From Podarcis gaigeae (taxonomy: Eukaryota), in NCBI GenBank assembly GCA_964106915.2, contig OZ066916.1: 64,000 nt of DNA; one strand, 5' to 3'. Shown here piece after piece: positions 39,441 through 50,300 of this stretch. Position 1 is the stretch's first letter. Every line of letters starts with the position of its first letter. Position numbers and translations under genes: made by a program. The notes under the pieces were generated by a model. That model was not told where the DNA came from. It did no database searches and saw only the letters and a list, made by a program, of their open reading frames with translations.

Positions 39441-41553
39441 GCAGCAACCACAGTACACCATTCTTCCACAGGAGGAAGAATGTGAAAGAAGTAAAAGTGT
39501 AGTGAGAACATGCTTCTTCCCCCAAGTGTTTGGGGATATATGTCTCTGCTTCAAATGCCATGTTTAATGTGGCACACTTCCTGTGAAGGTCATTGGTTTA
39601 GTATTGGCTTCACCTGGTGGTTGAAGGTGGGGACAGAATATGTGGGAAGTAGGCAGCTCCTAGTTGATTCTTGCCTTTATCGAAGTAGTCACATTGCTTT
39701 TGAGCTCCTGTTCTTTCTCTTCTCAGGTTTTCTAAATTCCACTTTTTCTTATTTGTTCCAGTGTTTGCCTTCCTCTTAACTGTTTCTAAGCCACCCCATT
39801 CTCCCTTCAGTATACCAGGGCAGTATGGTTGTCACTCCTAACTTTCTCTCCTCCTTATGACTGCTCCAGCACTTTCTTCTCTCAGCCTGTCTCTTGTCAC
39901 CTGAGCCCGTCTTTCTTGGCTGTTTTCTACATTCTTTGCTGCCTGCATCTCTCCCATAAATAGAACCCCTTTGCCTTGCCTTCTTGCCTTTTCTCTCTCT
40001 CCTGATTTCACCAGTAACTGCTTCAGTGGAGGGTGGAGGCAGGTTTGTTGGTATTTGAACCTTGGCGATTCTTCTTAGCTGTTTTGGACCACTGCACCTT
40101 TTGGTTTGGTGTGTGCTATGTATCCATGCCCCAGCATTCTGGCTTTCTGAAGAGTAGGGATGGCAGTCAGTGTGCTCTCTGGTGGCAATAGCCACGCCTC
40201 CTGCCCAAACTCAGCCTTTGAATAAACTTAAAGTGCCTGCTAAGGCAGCTTTTCCTTCTTCCTCTAAATGTAAGACCTTTGCTCGGCATTTGCCTCATAA
40301 ACAAGCACTAAGCATCTCATAGGCAGCCCTTATAATAAATGGATTCATCCCTTTCCATGGATATCTGTGGACATTCTGGACCCTTAACAACATTTGCCTT
40401 CACCATTGCCTGGGCCTGATGGGTTTTATCTCTCATGACTCCCACTATTTGCCTTTGCTCTGCAATGGCCTTAGACTTCATTGCCCTCCTGCAGAACCTA
40501 CCTCAGCACCATTTAAGGGGGCATCTGTTCTTGTTGAGCCAAATTCCTTTACAAAGTCCATACCATTTCCTTCTACTTTTAAAAAAGATCCTGAAGGCAG
40601 AGAGGGACTCTGCCTCCTTGTAGTATAAAAATATGTTTCATAGTTAATTAATACTATAGTTTAGAGCCTATTAGTAGAGGTTCAGTAAACTGCTGTCTCC
40701 TTGGGCCTGGGCTTATCGTACACCGTTCCTTGATTTCTGTTCTTACCTGGGTCCTTCATAAAATCAGGGAGGAAAAGCCACAGTGGTCCTTTTAGCTTCC
40801 TTCTGGCCTTGACGTCTGTGGCCGTTGGAGATCCTGATCACGGCAGTGTATCCATGGCCCCCTCTTTGCTGTCTGGATGTCAGAACTGCCTACTTCTCAC
40901 AAGTTCTGTTCCTGCCTTTGACCATCAGATATGGAACCAATATTCAACCAATAAGATTCATCAGGCACTGAAGATCTGCTCTTCTGGTAGTAACCAATGG
41001 AACTTTTTGTGTACTTATATGCAATTATGAATTACTATAATAGCCACATGGAACACTGCAAATGTTTCAGATATAAACTGCAATATTCCATGAATTACCA
41101 TTTCGTTGTAAAACTATTTATGGCAGTTGAATAAGCAGCAATTCTGGCTCTTCCTACCTACCTTTCCTGGTAGTTCCATATTAAAGATGGTTAAATAATT
41201 GTAGTTTTATTAAAAGAATAAGTACAAGTAAGTCTGGCTATTTTATAATATTAGTAATATATTCTCTTAAATGAAACAGTTAAACAGCTGAGTAGGGATA
41301 GGTTTGTTTTGTCGTTAAATTGTTAGTAGTATTAATGGGAAATTTTATAAATATTATGTAAGACAACAAGTAAATTATATTATACTGTGTGAATTCTGGC
41401 ACATGCACGATTTGTTGTATTTCAGTTGCTGTCTAACAATTTCCCACAAATACATTGTTTTCTTGGATCTTAAAGTTTTTCTGCAGTTTTTTTTCTTTCT
41501 CCAAATATACTGTGTTGGTGTTTTTGTCTTTCCTTTCTCATTGCTTCAATAAG

Positions 41554-41637
41554 GCATGCTGGCTGTGGCTTCTTGCATGTGTGGCCTCTCTAACTTATAT
41601 TCAGAGTCTGTGAAAAAACTTCGCACCTCTTATATAA
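41554..41637 (+). CDS. STXBP5: Putative additional STXBP5 cassette exon (84 nt, phase 1-1), similar to an alternative exon of STXBP5L
   Basis: Long polypyrimidine tract, aataag|GC...A|gtaagt, open frame GMLAVASCMCGLSNLYSESVKKLRTSYI; resembles STXBP5L DNFCMRGLSNFYPDLTKRIRTSYQ (recalled). Confidence 0.8.
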
Positions 41638-42959
41638 GTAAGTCATCTCATAAGAATAAAGTGTTTTAACATCCAGTTGATTAGGTTATATGCATTCATC
41701 ACCCTGAATATTTTACCATAGCTTTTACTTTTCAGCTTCTTTCACTAACATATCGGCAGAGATTAATTCTATATTAATATAATTATAGATTGTTACCTGA
41801 GATACTATCAATATGGAATATTGAGTACAATAAGATCCAGATTACATCCTTCATCTATTTTGCAAGCAACAGTAAAAGAAGTGGCATTAGTAGATAATAG
41901 AATACAAGTCACAAATGTGCAGTGGTGCCCACAAATGTGTGCAATGGTGTCCACAAAGACCTTCATTGGTGCCCTTGGACAAAGGACCAAGACTCTGAAC
42001 TTTCCTTTTTATTTTTAATAAAAAAGGAAATCTCTAACCCTCCTGGAAAGAAAGTTATGAAGCAAAAATATACAGGTACCCTTCTAAGCAATTTCTGTGA
42101 AACGAGCTAGCCTGGCTGCCTCTGTCAGTGCTTTTTAGCCAGCGAGTGAAGTCAGAGCTGTGATTGTTGAGTGTGTTGTATTAAAGTTTGATAAAGGTAT
42201 TACAGTTAATTTATTAATCACCTTCTAAACCACTGTCTCAAGGTGATTTACATATAAAATAATTTAAAATGGTTAAAAACACAAAAACAAATCAATTTAA
42301 AACAAACCTAAAACTTGATATAAAGACCCATTTATCCAGCTGGAAAAGCCTTCTGTTTCTCCTTTCCATTTAGTGCACTTTTCCTGCTTGTCTTATTTGC
42401 TAGTAGTCCCTGGAGTCTTCGAAGTTTATCCTTCCTTTTTTCCTAGTGACCAGGATGCATCTTTCTTGTGGTGGGTTCTCCTGCGATCAGATACTGCCTA
42501 GAAGTTATTTTCTGCAAATACTTCTACACAATAAGTGTGGGTGAATTTTAAAGTATCCCCTCCCTAAATGGCAAAATTCAAAATGTGAACTTTGCAAAAG
42601 AGGCTTAGGTGTGCCTCCTGCTGTGCTGGACTTAAAGCCAGGCACTCATTAAGAATTCACTGTATAGTTAAATTATGATACAATATTATACATGCCGTAC
42701 GTTTCATTCAAGTAAAAGTGACCTTAACTGTTCTTGGGGTGCAAGTGCAGACATGTCTGAACTACAAAGGTGTAATTGCAAATGGCAGGGTAGAAGATGA
42801 CCCATTAGGGTGTGTACTGGCCCCAGTATTGTACTGTGCATTTCTTAAAATTTCTATCTCTCTGTGTTGGTCTGTGGTCTCTGGATTAATCTGTAATTCA
42901 GGTTTTAAGCAGCTCTGTAAAATTAAGCTCTCTGTTCTCTCTTCGCTATGGAGGGTAAT

Positions 42960-43660
42960 GGAGGGCAATGCAATTCATTGGTTCTGTTCCTGCTTCTAGG
43001 GCTGTTTCCAGAGAGTAGTTTGGGGAGGACCATTGTTTGGCACCATGTGAGTGGAGCTGTAGGTTTCATCTTGCCCTCCATGCTATGTAACATCTATCTG
43101 AAAATACTGGGAGCTCTCATCAGGGGTTTTGATGTGAGGTGTCACCAATATGTGGGTGCTAGACCAATGCTTGGAGGCAATAATGGGTGGGATTGGCCCA
43201 ATAAGTTGAAGGTGAATCCTGAAAGCACAGGTATTATGTGTTCTAAGTTTTTGAGTTCGGGATGTGGGGGGCATGGCGTGTTCTGCACAGCTTGGGAGGG
43301 GAGGATAGTCCAGGATCCAGTATTGTCATTTGAGGCTCAGTTGTCCTTGATACTTAGATATACCTCTTTCCAGCTTTGACTGGTTTACAGCTATAGCCCC
43401 TTATGAACTGATAGCATGATCATCATACTCCATCCACTGATAACTTCCAGGCTGGATTATTGCAATATACTCAATGTGAAGCTGCCTTTGAAGATGACTT
43501 GGAAACTGCAACTGGTCCAAAATACAATAGCCAGGTTACTGGGATTTCATTTAGAACACACCTCTTTACTCTGGCCTTTGATACCTGAGATACATATTTT
43601 AGATGTAATCTGTTTTAACTGTTTTTAACAAGGGCCTTATGGTGAATGGTGTATAATAAT
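42960..43660 (+). mobile_element. L2 LINE, degraded
   Basis: NIYLKILG..NKLKVNP..DPVLSFEAQ and LITSRLDYCN..KLQLVQN..ARLL. Confidence 0.8.
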
Positions 43661-45122
43661 AATAACTAATATTATAATAGGAAATCTAAAAATGGAAATA
43701 ACCTTTCCCACTTTTGGCCAAAGTGGATATGATTTACAGGCACAGGAGCCAATCTGGATTTAAGGCTGCCAAACTACAAACAAATTGTTGGCTTTTTTGT
43801 GGGGGAAATTAAAAGGTTTTACTTTTCTCTGTAATCCATATTAGGGTGATACCTTTATTAGGCCATTTAAAACTCCCAGATCCATACATTTAACATTTTG
43901 GGGGGAATGGGAGCTCTTTGTCAGGAATACTTTTGCTTCTCTTTTTTTCACCACACCAACTTTTCCAATGCTTGTGTGTATCCTCTCATAGGTTTTACAG
44001 ATCTCTGATAGGTCTTCCAGCATGAAGCTGCCTGTGGAGTTCTGAAGAGTTCTAGATATTAAAGTAGAATTATGTAGTTTTATTTATAACTAACACACAC
44101 ACACTATATATATAGAGAGAGAGGGAGAGAGTGTTAAGAAAGCCTCCACTCCTGTGATTTTACAAAGAAAATCAAGAGCTCTTCAGTGCCTAGCAAGCAA
44201 CATTATGGACAACCTTGTTTATTGCAAAGCCCATGGACCTAGAGAAACCTAGAACTATAAGATAACAAACGACAGATTGACATGAGGCTTTGTGAGGCTT
44301 TGTAATTCTGCCTTTCAGTGTCATCTTTACACTTCAACACCTTTCATAACAGCATCTCCTTCCAAAGCGGCCCAATCATTTCATCATCTGTAGTGATGCC
44401 TGTTGTTGCTACTTCGGTTTTGTATTGGATACAGTGCTTTCTTTATCCTTATCAATGGTCTAGATGCCAAAATCACATGTTGACTATCACTTTGATTGAG
44501 CAAGAGTTCCAAGCAACCACCACAGTCCTGGATTTTTCATCACCATGGTGTTTTCTGAAATTAGTGGTTTCTTGGGTCTAGAAGGGCACAGGTTATCAAA
44601 TAGATCAATATATTTGAAGTATGTATTTTTAGGCCTTTCTTCAAAATTTGATCTGTTTTGACGACAGTGGTAGGCAAATACTTAAACATGTTAAATATTA
44701 CTAATTCTAGCTTGCTTTTATGGTCTATGGTGGTTTTTAAATGTAATTTATTTGTCCTTACATGTTCATTCTTATATTCAACTTGGTTACCTTTCTTTGT
44801 AATATACCTGTTTACAATACAGGTAATTTTCCATTAATTTTGCATTAATCACATATATTACATAGAAAAATCACATTGAAAAATGGCTTTCATGCACATC
44901 TATACCAACTCCCCTTTTCCCTGAATCTTCATAATCATCCTGTTCCCCAAAGAAGAAACACTGATACTTTGAACAGCAAAACTCTTAGTTAAAAATATAA
45001 TTAAGTATCGGATTTGATTGTTTCCCCAGTGGGCACAAAAATACCTTATGTGTCATGTTTGTGTCAAGAATTAGAAGTGGTCCACAGCTGTTGAAACCTG
45101 TTGTGTTCTTTGTATTTTACAG

Positions 45123-45188
45123 CAGGTCTTTGTGATATTAATGAAGGTACAGCTGTACAAGAGGATCGTTGCAAGTCACCCACCTCAG
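45123..45188 (+). CDS. STXBP5: STXBP5 exon ~19 (66 nt; NAGNAG alternative start at 45126)
   Basis: ttacag|CAG GT...G|gtaatg; AGLCDINEGTAVQEDRCKSPTS. Confidence 0.95.
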
Positions 45189-45954
45189 GTAATGAACTGT
45201 TCTTGGAAATGCTTTAGAACAAATAGTACTTCAAAACGCCTTGTAGCAGGCTTCTCTTCTCTTTTGTTTTCATGCTCCAGAAGGATTTTTACTATGCCAC
45301 TGAACTTTACAGGGGTTTTCTCAAATATACACAATTCAGACAAGTACATACAGCTGAATACTTGGTTTGCCTCAAAGCCATTCTTATATATTTGTCATTG
45401 TTCATTATTTACAGTGTTTAGAATGCATTACTATAGGAAATACTATATTATAAGGGGATGTGTTTTATGTCTCTTGGGCTATCTGTTTCAAGAAGAGATT
45501 ATTCACAGTAGAAATGTGTTCTAAGTCCTACTCTCATCATGATCTTTTATTTGTAGGAGCTTTCGTTGTTCTTTGCCAGAGGTAATTTAAGTGGGTAATT
45601 TAAGGTCATCCCACTTTTGTCACTTCTGCTGCTGTTATAGTAAAATCAACCAATAGGGTGGAAAGTAGTATAAGAATAGGAAGCAAGGAGTGAGTAGCAA
45701 TTTCATTAAACTTTAGAATCTTTATTTCAGATATGCAACTTGGCAAGTTGTTATCTTTTTCTTAAATAGGAGTTGAGACTTTTTCAGTGGCTTAGATTTT
45801 AATTGGACCTAGCAAAAGAACTCCTCCCTCTGCTTCCCTGACTGCGGTTTCAGCAGCAGCAAAATCATCATAATCACAGAATCCAGGAAGCAAGCTGGGG
45901 GGGGGGGGGGCTTACAATGCCACCACAGGAGTGTGAACAGGGGCTTTTTGTGTA

Positions 45955-46153
45955 CTTTAAGCCCACAACTTACACACATTTAACTTGTGCACATTCAGCT
46001 TTATGTGCATGGCAAATTTATTTATTCTTAAAAAGCAGGCAGGGTTCTGGGGGAAATGACTTTGGCAATCCCACCCACCATTGGATTTTGACTAGACACA
46101 ATTTTGCCTTTAGGTGTGAACCCTGGATTGAGCCATTTTTTAATCCTGTGTAT
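45955..46153. mobile_element. Tc1/mariner-like MITE remnant (second copy at ~62060-62253)
   Basis: caacttac.cacatttaacttgtg..cat..gcttta....ggcaa..tcccacccacca..ttttgacta.ac..attttg.cttta shared between the two copies. Confidence 0.55.
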
Positions 46154-47155
46154 TAATTTGCTGAACCCAATCATGAATCTGACTTGGGTAAGGGAGGAGA
46201 GTGCCTCCCATCACTAGAAGAGAATGAATGTAATATTTCCAAGGAATTCAGCAAGTATTCTTATTGAAAGTAGTAGTTCCTGATATAATTCGTATATCAT
46301 TTTTATTTTCATCTGTACCATGTTGGTATGCATAGAGAAGGGAGGGAAGGTTTTTTATGTTCTTAGTTAAAACATGATAAATATATGTATGTAGAAAACT
46401 ATTTACAAAATTCACTTTTACAGGTAAACAAAGGATGTTATTTCCAATTAGTTTTTAAAGTAATTAATAGCAAAACAACCACACTTCAAATCTTTTCACT
46501 TTTGGATTGAAATACAGAGAATTGGCAAAAGTAGCTGTATTTTCATTTGTTATCACAGAGATAAGTGCACTGGAACACACCTTAGACCTTAATGAAGCTA
46601 TTTCTTCTGAATTATTTTGGCAATATTGATAATACAAAAATTGACATTTAAAATGTGAACTAGAATCCCTGCTATTATTATCATGTGAATATTTTTGTTA
46701 ATCTGAACACAAGCAACCTTTCCAGACTGTTTTGTTTCCCGTTTCCCAATTCCCATCAGAAAATCTGTATCTTCTATGCTTTCCTTTGGTTGTGTGGTCT
46801 CATCTGTACTAGAAAATTGTAGCACCAGCATAAGTTCGAAAAATTAAAGCTGTGTATGATGAAAGTGAAACACGGAAGACGCAAAAGTTATCTGTCTCAA
46901 ATGTAGATGTCCTTACGCATAAAGCAGGAGATATAGGTGAATACTCCCTCTTTTTTTGCAGGAAAAAAGCCTGAAATTATAAATCATCCATAATACCCAA
47001 AGAGGTGTTTATTTAGGTGTTTATTGTTGCATATGATACGGATTAGGATATATAGTCTTTCTCATTTTGTCATCTGTCGTAATTTTTTTGTATGCATCCT
47101 TTTTTGTTAATATCCATTTCGTATGTCCCTTTCATTCTTATCTTCACTCATTTAG

Positions 47156-47215
47156 GTTCTGGTTCTCCCAACAATTCTGATGATGATCAAAAAATGAATA
47201 ATTTTATAGAAAAGG
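47156..47215 (+). CDS. STXBP5: STXBP5 exon ~20 (60 nt, alternative; b-tomosyn insert part 1)
   Basis: atttag|GT...G|gtatag; GSGSPNNSDDDQKMNNFIEK. Confidence 0.93.
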
Positions 47216-47309
47216 GTATAGTATTTTTATTTTTAAGAGAATTATCATAAATTTTCATTAGCTCATATTTTTAGTAAATTGACATTTTGTATTGAAATAT
47301 TATTTGCAG

Positions 47310-47357
47310 TGAAGACCAAAAGCAGAAAGTTTTCCAAGATGGTAGCCAATGATATAG
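47310..47357 (+). CDS. STXBP5: STXBP5 exon ~21 (48 nt, alternative; b-tomosyn insert part 2)
   Basis: ttgcag|TG...G|gtagga; VKTKSRKFSKMVANDI; with the previous exon gives the 36-aa b-isoform insert. Confidence 0.93.
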
Positions 47358-50300
47358 GTAGGAACTAGAAAAATTCTCCTTTGCTCCTTACCTGGGACCT
47401 TATTCTATGCAGCGCTTAACTCTGCAGCAAAACAAAGCAAGCTGCATTATATTTGTTAAATTAATATTCTCCTAACCATAAGTGGTGTTCCTTTGGGCTG
47501 CTTCTCTGCTAATATACTGTGCTCAATTATTAACACAATCCAAGAGACTGGGCTCTTAATTTTCTCTAATTGTATATGCACATCCTTCTACAAAGGTTTT
47601 GGTTTCTATTCAGAAATACTGAAAGGGTTCAATCCTATGAGCATTGCCGTATAAAATGGTTTTAACATAGGTTCTCAAAGTGTTAATGCTAATTCTGAAA
47701 TGCAGAAGCAATGGTTTTAGCTTCTTGGGAATAAAGTACATAACATTTTAATTCATGTATTTCAGCAATAAGTGTATTCTCTCTGAATCCTTGTTGCTAA
47801 CTGATCTTTGATCACTGACAATTAAATTGCAAATTACTTACCAAGTTTGCAGTATGTGCATAAGGTGGATTGAACCCTTCTGTTGTAAGAACATAAGAAA
47901 TAACCTTATTGCTTGGATATGGTTGTTCTGCTTTTTATTTTAGAGTATATCTGTTAAACCTATTGGTCATCTGTTTGAATGGAAATTAAATTACTTAGCA
48001 GACTTCCTCCCATTTGTCATTATTTCTATCTAATTATTTATTTGTAGTGAGATTTTACTAATTATGTGTAACAATATATATTTCACAGTAACCACAGTGG
48101 CTTATCTCTCTTCTAAATTTGCATATTTACAGCATGTTGTCTAATTGTTATTTTCTTGATCATGTTTCTTCTTTAATATCTTCAGTTTATCACAACATTC
48201 GGTGTCAAAGGGAATTTTATAGATTTAGTTTTAATGTGTTGAAACAATCAACATATCTGTTAATCTGCAAGTTGTGTGCAAGTCACTACAAATTAAGTAC
48301 TTCTCTTCCATTGTTACGCTTCCTGTGTCAACAGGATTGGCTTCTAGGATACTGTGATGCCCATTCTATGTGCTGCTTTCATTCAAATGTCAAGAGAGCA
48401 ATGAGGTATCCAGCCACAAAGAAGTCACAGCCATACTGCTCTAGTATGGTTGGGAAATAAAACCAGAAGCTTCTCAAATTAAGGAAGTTTCTACTTGCTG
48501 TCTTTTGGCTTAATTTAGTAGCAGAGTAAAAAGGAAATGACGGGGAGATTCACTCTCACAAAAACTGTCACCCACAAGCAGTTCCATGATTAAAGGAAGC
48601 ACCTGTATAATGTGTAACTAACCAACCAGCCTGTGTGGCATGGTGCATAAGTGTCTATAAAAAGAATCCTAGAAGATGCCACAAATTTATTGATGTGTGC
48701 TAGATATGCTAGTCAAAAGTATTAGGTTCATTTTCAGAGACAAACTGTGGATGGAGATGGATGCTGCCATCATGCCACTAGTTCTCCAGCTGTGTTACTT
48801 CATGATATGCATGACACACCTGTATGCAGCACCAGTTACCTCCAGGTAAAAATCTGCTGCTTTGCCATTGTGTGCAGTCAAAAGAGAAAAAGAAATAACA
48901 AAGGAGGGAGAGAAACTGAAGGTTTGCCTCACAACTCCACCAGCACCCAGGGACACGAGTGGCATTGGTTGGTCTGCTACATTAAATGGCAGTGATTGAT
49001 ACTGGCAAGAAAAGATTACTTCCCTCCTCTCTCCGTTTGAGATGCTAGCCTATCTCTTACCAGTCAAGGTGTATGTGCATACAATATCCATATGGCACAT
49101 GTGCCTTACCAAACATCCTATCACCGTGAGATAGTGGCAAAGCTAAATCCAAGGAAGAGCAACCTGTAGTTCAGACTCTGCTCTAATTGAGACACAAAGG
49201 TTAGAACAATGTGAGCACTTTATCTTCAAAGTGACTAGTGAAAATGTCTGACTTGGTTACAGAAGATTCTAACTTCTGGATGAATGAGGGAACAGAAGAC
49301 CATTGACCTCTGGAATAAATCCACCATAAGGCTCTGCATGGATGCAATAGGACAAAGAAAATCTTTGGCAAATTACCACTTTTGAAAGTAGCCTCTGCTA
49401 TGTCCAGTTGCAGTCAGTAGTAGTATTCTGCTGTTTGCTGAAGCAGCAGAAAGACTTCAAAGAGTGTAATCTTAGTTACTCTGTATACAAAGAGGGGGTA
49501 TATTATCAGAGGGCTCCTAGAGGTTAAGTCTGGCTCATGACAATTATTCATACTTTTTTATCAGCTTTATCTTAAGATAAGACAGAATAGCAGTCTTGCA
49601 GACTTCCTTTGGACAGTCCAGGAAGTTTGTCATGCTCCTTCTACAGGTATTCAGATTATCCAGGACTTGTGCAAGATTTACCCCTAGGCAGGTGATCTGT
49701 TCCTCCAGCCCCTGCACCTCCTGGGTAGGCAGTCTGTTCCCCACCCCGTGAACCTATGGTGCAAGCAGCAGCAGATGGCTGCCAGCTGGAGGAAGGATGC
49801 TGCAGAGCCATCCATTTAAGTGAGAGGACCTTGGGGGGGAACCAATTGTTCTGGACCAGGTGAGCTGCTTCCTGGGTAGGCTCAGTATTCTTGCTTTAAC
49901 AGTCTAGGCACTGAAAGGAGATGTAATGTGCCAGGTAACTCTGTGGTGGGCACAATATTTCCGAAATTTGATCTACTTTGACTTTAAGGACCTCATTTTT
50001 CAGTGCCAGGCTGGGCAGCTCTGCAGTGGCTGGCATCCTTTTTTCTCTGGGCCTCACCCAACATAGCAAGGATATATTTGGAGGAGACTCAAAGGCACAC
50101 AAAGATTCAGCTGTTTGGCTTGCAGAAATGAAAAAAGCATACAAAGAACGTTAAAATTATTGTTATTTTAAGATGATATATCTCAATTTTGTGTTGAACA
50201 GAATTCATGCAACATAAAAAGAGATAAATAATAAAGTAAGCAGAAAATAAACCCACAGCAATAGAAGAGAGTTGCCAGGGGAAATAAGTATTAGTTTCCC

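Noticed and set aside
45897-45910. G14 run (also C runs at ~16844 and ~27005, G-rich patch at ~56855) as G-quadruplex regulators
   Set aside because: Simple homopolymers are common in these genomes; nothing else supports function
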